Below, piece by piece: positions 55,816 through 64,000 of a stretch of 64,000 nucleotides of DNA (positions are counted from its first letter, which is position 1; the number at the start of each line of letters is the position of its first letter). The position numbers were made by a program, and so were the translations under genes. The notes beneath the pieces are model-generated. The model had not been told where the DNA came from and did not search any database. It saw only the letters and a list, made by a program, of their open reading frames with translations. Source of the DNA: Candidatus Uhrbacteria bacterium GW2011_GWC2_41_11 (GTDB lineage Bacteria; Patescibacteriota; Patescibacteriia; UBA9934; GWF2-40-263); the NCBI GenBank assembly GCA_000996355.1, contig LCAH01000001.1, positions 85,958 through 149,957 of the forward strand. Reading direction: 5' to 3'.

Positions 55816-56820
55816 ATGTTTATAAAAAAAATTGGAATTGATTTGGGAACAACAACGGTTCTTGTGTATGTTCCGAAACGAGGAGTCATTATCAACGAAC
55901 CGTCTGTTGTGGCTATTTCAAAAATTGATAAAAAAGTGCTTGCGGTTGGAAGGGAGGCAAAGGATATGATTGGACGCACACCAGATACCATCGTGGCGCG
56001 TCGACCATTGAAGGATGGAGTGATTGCCGACTATCGCACAACCGAAGCCATGCTTCGTTATTTTATTAACAAGACATTAGGAGGAATTCGTATTTTTCGA
56101 CCAGAAGTGATGGTTGCTGTTCCAGGAGGCATTACCTCAACGGAACGTCGTGCTGTTATTGACGCAACTCTGACTGCTGGTGCCCGCGCTGCTTATATTA
56201 TTAAAGAGCCAATTGTGGCTGCAATCGGAGCAAATATTCCCATTGGTTCGCCGTCTGGGCACATGATTATTGATATTGGAGGAGGAACGGCTGAAATGGC
56301 TGTTATTTCTTTGGGAGGAATTGTTGCATCTGCGTCTATTCGTATTGGGGGAGTAAAATTTGATCATGCGGTTTCAGAATTCATCCGTCGCAAATATGGA
56401 TTGGCTATTGGGGAACGTACTTCTGAACAAATTAAAATTCAGATTGGTTCAGCTATGTATTTACCAGAGAAGCTTGCCATGGAAGTAAAGGGTCGTGACA
56501 TGATTACTGGTCTTCCAAAAATTATTGAGGTGACATCTGATGATGTGACCGAAGCGATTCAAGATGAATTGGAAGGAATTATTGCAACTGTGAAAGAAGT
56601 TTTACACAAAACACCACCAGAGTTATCTGCAGATGTGATGGAAAAGGGAATTATTATGTCTGGAGGATCTTCTCAGCTCCGCAATCTTGATCAACTTATT
56701 GCAGAAGCAACAGGAGTCCCAACGTATGTCGCAGAAGATCCACAATTGTGTGTGGTCAAAGGAACGGGTATTGCTCTTGAAAATTTGGATGCATATAAAC
56801 GAAGCGTATTTACGAGTTAG
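55816..56820 (+). CDS. mreB: Rod shape-determining actin homolog MreB/Mbl
   Basis: IGIDLGT, NEPSVVA, RPLKDGVIAD, DIGGGT, TPPELSAD. Confidence 0.97.
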   Translation: MFIKKIGIDLGTTTVLVYVPKRGVIINEPSVVAISKIDKKVLAVGREAKDMIGRTPDTIVARRPLKDGVIADYRTTEAMLRYFINKTLGGIRIFRPEVMVAVPGGITSTERRAVIDATLTAGARAAYIIKEPIVAAIGANIPIGSPSGHMIIDIGGGTAEMAVISLGGIVASASIRIGGVKFDHAVSEFIRRKYGLAIGERTSEQIKIQIGSAMYLPEKLAMEVKGRDMITGLPKIIEVTSDDVTEAIQDELEGIIATVKEVLHKTPPELSADVMEKGIIMSGGSSQLRNLDQLIAEATGVPTYVAEDPQLCVVKGTGIALENLDAYKRSVFTS

Positions 56821-56826
56821 AGAATT

Positions 56827-57972
56827 ATGTTTTTTGCCATTGACGCTTCGTCCGCTGCAAAACAAAAACGAACAGGTGCCGATTGGTACAGTTACCATCT
56901 CATCCAGGCACTCAAATCTCAAACACTCGAATCAGACGATCGTGTTTGTCTTTATAGCCCTTCGGCTCTTCAGGAAGAACTTGCTGTGCTTCCTCCACAA
57001 TGGGAAACACGTGTGCTGCATTGGCCTTTTTCTACTGGATGGATGCAGGGTCGCATGAGTTGGGAAATGCTGCGACGATCGCCAAATATTCTTTTTGTTC
57101 CAACCCAATCATTCCCACGTATTCATCCGCATACATTAAGCAAGCAACGCGCAACGGTTACAACTATTCATGACATTGCTTTTCACCGATTTCCTGATTT
57201 ATATGATCCAATAGAACGTAAACATCAGGAAAAAGAGGTTCGTTTTGCCATCAAGCATGCAGAAATTCTTTTAACACCTTCCGAATGGACAAAAAAAGAA
57301 CTTGCAGACGCGTATGGTGTTCCTCTTGAACAAATGGTTGTGACGCCACTTTCTCATGATGTGACACATTATCATCCGCTTGAGAGTACGGTTGTTGAGG
57401 AGGTATTACAAAAATATCGTCTGAGTCGAAAAAATTATTTTTTAAGTATTGGTCGCCTTGAACGTAAAAAAAATATTCCCTTGCTCATTCGTGCGTTTGA
57501 AATATTTAAACGATCCCGCGGAACAGGTGACCCATTTGAATTGGTGTTGATTGGAATGTCTGGATTTGGATTTGAAGAAATTCATCAAGCTGTTGATTGC
57601 TCACCATTTAAAGAGTCAATCCGTCCATTGGGATGGGTTGAAGAAGTAGACATCCCCGCCTTGATGAATGGCACATTTGCGTATGTGTTTCCAAGTCGAT
57701 ATGAAGGATTTGGAATTTCAAACGTGGAAGCCATGGCATGTGGAATTCCTCTTTTGACTTCTGATATTCCTGCACATCGGGAAGTGGTGAGAGATGCTGG
57801 ATTATTTCTTTCTCCAGATGAACCGGAAACATGGGCATCAGGTTTCCAACGTATTACCTCTGATCAAGGGTTGATTGAGGATTTGGTGCAGAAAGGAATA
57901 GTACGTGCACAATCATTTTCTTGGCAGACGACCGCACGAAAGACATGGGATGTGTTAAAAGGGCTTGTTTGA
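56827..57972 (+). CDS. Glycosyltransferase family 4
   Basis: TIHD, GRLE.KKN, FPSRYEGFG...VEAMACG.P, FSW..TA. Confidence 0.94.
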   Translation: MFFAIDASSAAKQKRTGADWYSYHLIQALKSQTLESDDRVCLYSPSALQEELAVLPPQWETRVLHWPFSTGWMQGRMSWEMLRRSPNILFVPTQSFPRIHPHTLSKQRATVTTIHDIAFHRFPDLYDPIERKHQEKEVRFAIKHAEILLTPSEWTKKELADAYGVPLEQMVVTPLSHDVTHYHPLESTVVEEVLQKYRLSRKNYFLSIGRLERKKNIPLLIRAFEIFKRSRGTGDPFELVLIGMSGFGFEEIHQAVDCSPFKESIRPLGWVEEVDIPALMNGTFAYVFPSRYEGFGISNVEAMACGIPLLTSDIPAHREVVRDAGLFLSPDEPETWASGFQRITSDQGLIEDLVQKGIVRAQSFSWQTTARKTWDVLKGLV

Positions 57973-57974
57973 GC

Positions 57975-58059
57975 TGTGGATAACAAGAAATACTCCGTTT
58001 TTCTTTCACAAGCTTGCATATTTTTCAAAGGTCGTGTATAGTGTCAAAAAATAGTGACA
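57975..58059 (+). promoter_or_regulatory. DnaA box, promoter and operator upstream of the second TrmB gene
   Basis: TGTGGATAA (57975-57983, reverse complement of TTATCCACA); TTGCAT-17 nt-TATAGT; TGTCA-N8-TGACA palindrome (58042-58059). Confidence 0.65.
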
Positions 58060-58081
58060 TTCTCTTTTTTCCTTTATTTTT

Positions 58082-58855
58082 ATGGAAGAACTCATTCGCG
58101 AACTCATTCATCTTGGCCTCTCTGAAAAAGAGGGTGCTGTTTATCTTGCCTCCCTTGAATTAGGGCCAGCTGTTGTCCAAGACATTGCCAAAAAAGCGAA
58201 TGTTAATCGTGCGACTACCTACGTCATGATTGAAACTTTGGCTGCTCGTGGACTCATGAGCACGTTTGTTAAAGGAAAGAAACGTTTTTTTGCTGCAGAA
58301 TCTCCAGAACGTTTATTGACGATTGTTCGTCTTCAGCGCCGAGAATTGGAAGAAAAAGAAAAAGAAATTAGTTCTGTTTTGCCAAAACTTCACGCAGTTT
58401 ATAATATTGAAGGGGTAAAACCCCAGATTCGTTATTTGGAAGGTGCAGAAGGAATTGTTTCGGTTATGGAAGTGTTTGAAGCCATGGAAGGGGAGTTTGT
58501 GGAAATGGTTTCCATTGACGACATCGAAAATATTCGCGAACTCATTCATCATCGCGAACGTCATTTGGAAGAACTTCAAAAACGCAATGTTTCTTATCGT
58601 CTGATTGCCGTCATGAAGAATCCTGATTTTTCTAAAGTGCCAAAAATTACCGGTGGAGAAGTGCGTCTGGTTCCTGCAGAAAAATTCCCTATTCATGGAG
58701 ATTTTATTGTTCGCAACAATACGGTTTTCCTTTACTCGTTTACAAGCGCCATGCTTGGTGTTGTTCTTACAAGCAAAGAGATCGCAGACACCTTGCGTCA
58801 GATGTTTAATCTTGCCTGGGAAGGATCTGCAAATTATCCGACAGAAAAACGGTAA
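58082..58855 (+). CDS. TrmB-family transcriptional regulator
   Basis: LGLSEKE..VYLA.LELG.A.VQ.IAK.A.VNR.T.Y..IE.L..RGL, P.IRY.EG.EG, S..IA......FNLAW. Confidence 0.92.
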   Translation: MEELIRELIHLGLSEKEGAVYLASLELGPAVVQDIAKKANVNRATTYVMIETLAARGLMSTFVKGKKRFFAAESPERLLTIVRLQRRELEEKEKEISSVLPKLHAVYNIEGVKPQIRYLEGAEGIVSVMEVFEAMEGEFVEMVSIDDIENIRELIHHRERHLEELQKRNVSYRLIAVMKNPDFSKVPKITGGEVRLVPAEKFPIHGDFIVRNNTVFLYSFTSAMLGVVLTSKEIADTLRQMFNLAWEGSANYPTEKR

Positions 58856-58874
58856 AAAATTTTTTCGTCATTTC

Positions 58875-58902
58875 AAAAAAGACCTCCTAATAGGGGTCTT
58901 TT
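58875..58902. terminator. Bidirectional terminator
   Basis: AAAAGACCTC-CTAATA-GGGGTCTTTT. Confidence 0.8.
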
Positions 58903-59131
58903 AGTTTAGAAGGTTGTAACGCGATCGAGGTCTCGGTGGAGGAGACCAATTCGGATCAATGAACGGTAGAAACGGCGGACCCTTTGGTTCATTCGGTGTG
59001 ACCGGAACGATTTGTGGTTGTGGAACGTCCCAGATCGTCGGTCTTTGCGGTAAAGGTTCCTCATTGGGTTCCGCTGGTTTTCCAAACGGATATTCTTCAA
59101 ACCCATCTTGGCGAATGATTATAACCGCCAT
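58901..59131 (-). CDS. Small proline-rich orphan protein
   Basis: 76 aa with 19 Pro; SD AAGGAG upstream; ends at a terminator. Confidence 0.65.
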   Translation of the reverse strand: MAVIIIRQDGFEEYPFGKPAEPNEEPLPQRPTIWDVPQPQIVPVTPNEPKGPPFLPFIDPNWSPPPRPRSRYNLLN

Positions 59132-59280
59132 GATTCTTTCTCCTTCTACGTTTTCTACCTTCTACGAAAATATCACATCTTCTCTCTAACAAACTTGCAG
59201 ACATTTGTCCATGAATAAATAAATTCGTGGCCACATGTCTGCGCCGAACGGATGAATTCCGTTTGGCGAGAGTGTGTTAC

Positions 59281-59667
59281 TTATTTGCGAAGACCGCGCG
59301 CGAACAAATTCCATTCGCGCTCTACGTCGGTTGTGCCGCCATCCATTCGGACATATTTGGCAGCAGCTAAACCTGCTGGAGCCTTGCCACCCTCAAACAT
59401 GACCGGAAGAAGTTTGACAGGACGACCCTGTCTCTGACAACCGATCACTTCTATCCAGGCATTCGACACCCCTTCCTTTGTGTATGGAAGGAGGAAGAAT
59501 TTTATTCCTTGATCCAAATATTCCTGAATATTCCACAAGACGTGGATTTCACCAGGCTGACTTTCATGAGTCTGAATTTCGACTTCCGGAATTCGTGTCC
59601 GGAGTTCGGACAAAAATCGATCAACCTCGGGATTTTGTCCCGAAATATTTAGAACAAGGATTTTCAT
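59281..59667 (-). CDS. Stand-alone TIR-like domain protein
   Basis: beta/alpha pattern ILVLNIS...VDRFLSEL...PGE...IQEYL..FFLL.YT...SNAWIE...KLLPVMF....P.GL....YV resembles TIR_2; GGAG SD before MKILV. Confidence 0.6.
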   Translation of the reverse strand: MKILVLNISGQNPEVDRFLSELRTRIPEVEIQTHESQPGEIHVLWNIQEYLDQGIKFFLLPYTKEGVSNAWIEVIGCQRQGRPVKLLPVMFEGGKAPAGLAAAKYVRMDGGTTDVEREWNLFARGLRK

Positions 59668-59763
59668 TTTTTGCTCCAAAGTTTGCAGTCACCCAGTGGC
59701 GAACATTCACCACCGTGTGTCTGCGTTGAAGAAAAGATTCTTCAACGGAAGATGTTTTTGGTC

Positions 59764-60138
59764 TTACGGCATCCAGATGCCGTACCGCCGTCGGTAGTTG
59801 AGCTGGCGGTATATGTATCGGATTCCGCGGCCAAATCCCTGAAGCAGGGGTCGAAACATATTCCGCCAAAACCATCGACGGCTGGCCTCGAGAATGTGCC
59901 AGAGAGCCACGATTGGCTTCCGAACACACCATTTGAACCACCACTGAGCGCGGTGATCGAAATGGAGTGTGGGGATTTTTGCCCCAACAATCTCGAAGAT
60001 CATTCCCACACCAACAGGCAGTACCACAAATACCATGAATGTGGTGCAAAGCCAGGCAGTGATTCCGCCAGAAAATGGTTTGGTGATGAGTAACTCTGCC
60101 GCGCCCAAAAGCATCTGGGCGAGGTCGTCGATTGGCAT
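59764..60138 (-). CDS. Hypothetical membrane protein with Trp/Arg-rich amphipathic C-terminus
   Basis: SD AAGGAGG; promoter TTGACA-17 nt-TAAATT; hydrophobic N-terminal half. Confidence 0.7.
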   Translation of the reverse strand: MPIDDLAQMLLGAAELLITKPFSGGITAWLCTTFMVFVVLPVGVGMIFEIVGAKIPTLHFDHRAQWWFKWCVRKPIVALWHILEASRRWFWRNMFRPLLQGFGRGIRYIYRQLNYRRRYGIWMP

Positions 60139-60301
60139 TTAAGCCTCCTTTGCCGCAAACGGAGCGGCATTTACTCCATTTTTTTTAAAAACAGATGTAT
60201 TTAATTTAGCAAAAAATAAGCTTTTTGTCAATTAGTTTAAACAATTTGTTTAAGAATGGTGAAAAAGACTTTAGAGACCGATATATGTTATACTTCTGCA
60301 T

Positions 60302-61270
60302 ATGTCGTCTGTTTCAGAATCGTCAACTATTTCCGTGATTGGCCAAGAGCGAGTTATTGCATTTTTGGAGCGTGCGGCTGCGGCGGATCGATTATCTCAT
60401 GCCTATCTTTTTGTTGGTCCAGAAGGAGTGGGAAAAACAACGGTCATTCATTGGTTTTTACAAACGCTTTTTCCAGAAGGGCTTGCTCATCCAGATATTT
60501 CTTTTGTTCGTCGGCTTTCAGATGAAAAAACAGGAAAAATAAAATCTGCCATTACAGTTGAACAGATTCGTACATTGCGTGAACGTCTTGGAATGAGTGC
60601 ATTTCTTGGCGGATACAAAGCGGCTGTGATCGAAGAAGCAGATGTATTGAATCTGGAAGCATCAAATGCCTTATTAAAACTATTGGAAGAACCAACAGTA
60701 AAAACGATTTTAATGTTACGTGCGACTTCTCCAGAACAATTACTTCCAACCCTTGTTTCTCGTTGCCAGATTCTTCGATGTCCCTTTGTTTCAGAACAGA
60801 AAATGATTCATGGATTAGAAATACGGGGGATTCATTCTGAAGAAGCAAAAAAAATGGCACGAATTTCTCATGGCTGTCCTGGACGTGCATTTCGTTTTTT
60901 GGAAAATCCAGAGGAACGTATACAAGAAGAAAAAACATGCGCAAATTTGATGGCTCTTTTGCAAAAACCATTGAGTGAACGTTTGGTATTGGCAGCGGAA
61001 CAGGTTCCAAAAGAGGAAGCGAATCGAATAGAATCTCTTCTTCATTTGTTGAATATATGGGAATGGATGTTACGAGATCTCTTTCTTATTTCTTCTGGAA
61101 TAGAAAAAAATTATGCTGAATTTTTTGGAGAAATATTCGTGTCTCTTGCAAAAAGCCGTTCGCCAAATCAATGGAGTCGTATCTTGAAAGTTTTGCGAAA
61201 AATTCGAATAGATTTTTCTTCCCATGTGAATCCTCAACTAGCTATCGAACATTTGTTCCTTTCTTTTTAA
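60302..61270 (+). CDS. holB: DNA polymerase III delta' subunit
   Basis: SHAYLFVGPEGVGKTT, HPD, I.VEQIR, A.NALLK.LEEP, LLPT.VSRCQ. Confidence 0.95.
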   Translation: MSSVSESSTISVIGQERVIAFLERAAAADRLSHAYLFVGPEGVGKTTVIHWFLQTLFPEGLAHPDISFVRRLSDEKTGKIKSAITVEQIRTLRERLGMSAFLGGYKAAVIEEADVLNLEASNALLKLLEEPTVKTILMLRATSPEQLLPTLVSRCQILRCPFVSEQKMIHGLEIRGIHSEEAKKMARISHGCPGRAFRFLENPEERIQEEKTCANLMALLQKPLSERLVLAAEQVPKEEANRIESLLHLLNIWEWMLRDLFLISSGIEKNYAEFFGEIFVSLAKSRSPNQWSRILKVLRKIRIDFSSHVNPQLAIEHLFLSF

Positions 61271-61280
61271 TGTTTATTTT

Positions 61281-62348
61281 ATGCAAATAACACGTTTTTG
61301 GATCATTCCTCTTCTGGCTTTTTTTCTTTTTTCTGGTGCGGGATGTTTAAATCTTGGAGGAACAAAGTCACAGCAAGGTGTAAAGGATGGAGGGGTATAC
61401 AAATCCATTGATGGAGCTGCAAAGTGGTCACAATCGGTTGCATTTCCGTCTGCGAAAGGAGTTGGAAGTGTTGGAACGACCGATGTCTTGACGATGACTT
61501 TTGATCCATCAGATACGAAAACGTTATACATGGGAACAAAAGAAAATGGTCTTTTATTTAGTTATGATAACGGAGTTTCTTGGCAATATCCTGGAGATAG
61601 TCAGTTGAAGGAAGGAGGTGTGCGATCTATTGCTGTTGATCCAGCAGATATTTGTACCGTCTATGCAGTCAGTGGAACACGATTGTATAAAACAGAAACA
61701 TGTAGTCGGCGTTTTCAAAGTGTGTATCAAGAGGCGCGTTCCGGAGTAAGTCCGCGTCGTGTTGCTCTTGATTGGTATCAGTCTGATACAGTTTATCTTG
61801 GTCTTTCAAATGGAGATATTTTGAAAAGTACTGATCGTGGAGTAACTTGGTTAACATTATTTACCGTAAAAGGAGAAGTGACTCAGTTGGTTGTGAGTCA
61901 TAAAGACAGTCGAATTCTTCTGGTAGGAACAGGTGGTGGTTTGTTTAAAAGTGTTGATGCTGGAGTGACTTGGACAAAAATGGAAGAAGCATTGAAACCA
62001 TTCAAAGAAGGAGAAGATATTTTTTCCCTTGTTCAAAGCGAAGATGGTTCCATAATTTTAGCAGCGACGAAGTATGGGTTGCTTCGCTCAAAAGATGTAG
62101 GAGATAGTTGGGAAGCGGTGAAATTAGTGACAGCTCCAGGACAAGTTATTGTTCGTGCTGTTGCCATGAATCCGACAGATCCACAAACTATTTATTACGC
62201 AACGTCTTCCACTTTTTATACATCCATTGATAGTGGAGTGACTTGGAAAACACAAAAACTTCCAAGTTCACGTTCAGCCTCCATACTCCTTGTGAATCCA
62301 GAACATCCAGAGGTCATATATTTGGGTGTTACAAAGATTGAGAAATAA
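61281..62348 (+). CDS. Lipoprotein with BNR/Asp-box beta-propeller (YCF48/VPS10-like)
   Basis: Lipobox GAGC; repeated S.D.G..W Asp-boxes. Confidence 0.88.
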   Translation: MQITRFWIIPLLAFFLFSGAGCLNLGGTKSQQGVKDGGVYKSIDGAAKWSQSVAFPSAKGVGSVGTTDVLTMTFDPSDTKTLYMGTKENGLLFSYDNGVSWQYPGDSQLKEGGVRSIAVDPADICTVYAVSGTRLYKTETCSRRFQSVYQEARSGVSPRRVALDWYQSDTVYLGLSNGDILKSTDRGVTWLTLFTVKGEVTQLVVSHKDSRILLVGTGGGLFKSVDAGVTWTKMEEALKPFKEGEDIFSLVQSEDGSIILAATKYGLLRSKDVGDSWEAVKLVTAPGQVIVRAVAMNPTDPQTIYYATSSTFYTSIDSGVTWKTQKLPSSRSASILLVNPEHPEVIYLGVTKIEK

Positions 62349-62366
62349 AATATTTTTTACCTGTTT

Positions 62367-62921
62367 ATGTCTGTGATGTTAACTCAATACAAACCGGAAT
62401 TTGAAGCGGTGATCGAACATATGCGTGGAGAACTTGTTCAGATGCGTACTGGGCGTGCGACCCCTGCCATTGTCGAAGATCTTATGGTGGAAGCATATGG
62501 CGCACCTATGACCATCAAAGGAACTGCTTCGGTCAATGTGGCTGATGCCAAAACATTGGTGATCGAACCATGGGATAAAGGGCTTTTGAAAGCGATTGAA
62601 AAAGCGATTCAAGAATCCAATATTGGAATCAATCCAGTGGTTGACGGAAAAGTTGTGCGCTTAGTGATGCCACCGATGACAGAAGAGAGTCGCAAACAGC
62701 TTGTCAAAGTGATGAAAGAAAAATTAGAACAAGCTCGTGTGAGTCTTCGTGGGGTACGGGAAAAAGCACGCGAGGAAGTGGTTGGAATGGAAAAAGAAAA
62801 AGAAATAGGCGAAGATGAAAAATTTCGTCTGTTTGAAGAAATCGACAAGATGACAAAAGAATACGTTCAAAAAGTGGAGGACACCGGCCATCAAAAAGAA
62901 GAAGAAATTATGACGGTTTGA
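62367..62921 (+). CDS. frr: Ribosome recycling factor
   Basis: RTGRA.P, V.AYG, I.PWDK, IEKAI..S.IG.NP..DG, P.TEE.R, KE.EIM. Confidence 0.98.
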   Translation: MSVMLTQYKPEFEAVIEHMRGELVQMRTGRATPAIVEDLMVEAYGAPMTIKGTASVNVADAKTLVIEPWDKGLLKAIEKAIQESNIGINPVVDGKVVRLVMPPMTEESRKQLVKVMKEKLEQARVSLRGVREKAREEVVGMEKEKEIGEDEKFRLFEEIDKMTKEYVQKVEDTGHQKEEEIMTV

Positions 62922-62922
62922 T

Positions 62923-64000
62923 ATGGCAGAAACTTCCATGGAACAGCTTGTCTCTTTGTGTAAACGGCGAGGATTTGTCTTTCCTTCGTCTGAAATTTAT
63001 GGTGGATTCGCGGCGATTTATGATTATGGACATTATGGAGCTTTATTGAAAAATAATATTCGTGACGCTTGGTGGAAACACATGGTGCAGTGGCGCGAAG
63101 ACATATTAGGGCTTGATTCTGCTATCTTCATGCATCCAACGACTTGGGTTGCTTCCGGACATGTGGGAAGTTTTGATGACCCACAAATTGATTGTCGAAC
63201 ATGTAAAAATCGATTTCGCGCTGATCATGTTTTGGAATCGTATGGGATTGAAGCAGATAAGGTTCCGATTGAGACCATCAATGCAGAACTTGAGCGATTA
63301 CGTCATGAAAAAAAATTGGTGTGTCAGGTATGTGGATCAAAAGATCTGACGTCCGCTAAACAGTTTTCTTTGATGGTTAAATCGAATCTTGGTTCACCTA
63401 CAAATGAATTGTCTGAGGAAAATGTTGTATACTTGCGTCCGGAAACATGTGGAGGTATTTATTTGCAGTACAAAAATACCATGGATGCACTTCATCCAAA
63501 ATTACCGTTTGGCATGGCACAGATTGGAAAAGCATTTCGCAATGAAATCGTTGCAAGACAGTTTGTATTTCGTACGCGAGAATTTGAACAAATGGAAATG
63601 CAATATTTTCACCATCCATCCATGACAAAAGCGTTGTACGAAAATTGGAGAGCAACACGATGGGAATGGTATAAAGCGATCGGAGTTCCTGAACAAAAGA
63701 TTCGATGGCACAAACATGAGAAACTCGCGCATTACGCATCCGAGGCCCATGATATTGAATATAATTTTGCTTCTTTGGGAGGGTTTAAGGAAATTGAAGG
63801 CGTTCATGCACGAGGAGATTGGGATTTGGCTCAACACGCAAAATTTTCTGGAGCTGATCTTTCCTATTTTGAAGAAACGACAAAAGAACGGTTTGTTCCG
63901 CATATTGTGGAGACATCTGTTGGGCTTAATCGTCTCTTTTTGATGTGTATAGATTTAGCATATACAGAAGAAGATGTAGATGGAGAGACGCGTGTGGTAT
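62923..64000 (+). CDS. glyQS: Glycine--tRNA ligase (alpha2, GlyQS type), truncated by window edge
   Basis: Manual translation MAETSMEQLVSLCKRRGFVFPSSEIYGG...YDYG..G; YLRPET; AQIGKAFRNEI; FRTREFEQME. Confidence 0.96.
   Translation, partial: MAETSMEQLVSLCKRRGFVFPSSEIYGGFAAIYDYGHYGALLKNNIRDAWWKHMVQWREDILGLDSAIFMHPTTWVASGHVGSFDDPQIDCRTCKNRFRADHVLESYGIEADKVPIETINAELERLRHEKKLVCQVCGSKDLTSAKQFSLMVKSNLGSPTNELSEENVVYLRPETCGGIYLQYKNTMDALHPKLPFGMAQIGKAFRNEIVARQFVFRTREFEQMEMQYFHHPSMTKALYENWRATRWEWYKAIGVPEQKIRWHKHEKLAHYASEAHDIEYNFASLGGFKEIEGVHARGDWDLAQHAKFSGADLSYFEETTKERFVPHIVETSVGLNRLFLMCIDLAYTEEDVDGETRVV

Noticed and set aside
10871-59270. Integron cassette array (orphan genes with long 3' hairpins as attC sites)
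   Set aside because: The genes are dispersed, carry their own promoters, the hairpins lack consistent RYYYAAC/GTTRRRY cores, and no integron integrase is present

Overview
Chromosomal window from a small-genome, AT-rich bacterium. Gene style points to Patescibacteria/CPR, possibly an ABY1/Uhrbacteria-like lineage (inference). The backbone is housekeeping: parAB, a short Rel, topA, dprA, pth, der, LCP, tRNA-Val, lepB, hisS, rpsU, ybeY, dgkA, ftsAZ, T-box-trpS, nrdR, htrA, pyk, tRNA-Asp, rlmN, glycosyltransferases/DUF4012/mreB, holB, frr, glyQS. Four things stand out. (1) A ~15 kb surface-structure locus (15.5-30.6 kb): a free VirB2/TrbC-like pilin, two pilin-fused Ig-like proteins (one a 3418-aa Cys-rich giant with an internal type IV pilin-like domain and a vWA tip), and three membrane-anchored DxDxDG-repeat proteins. 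(2) A split in translation signals: core genes have U-rich or leaderless starts with no Shine-Dalgarno (SD), while rpsU has an extended SD and scattered orphan genes have AGGAG, often within a shared boxA-like leader motif. This suggests a bS21-gated SD regulon. (3) A decayed island at tRNA-Asp carrying TrmB-hydrolase-murF-ddl, a probable recombinase remnant and a TIMP-like protein, ending in a foreign tRNA-Asp 3' fragment. (4) A trpS T-box that appears to have an ultrashort Stem I. All calls are by eye; no database searches were run.
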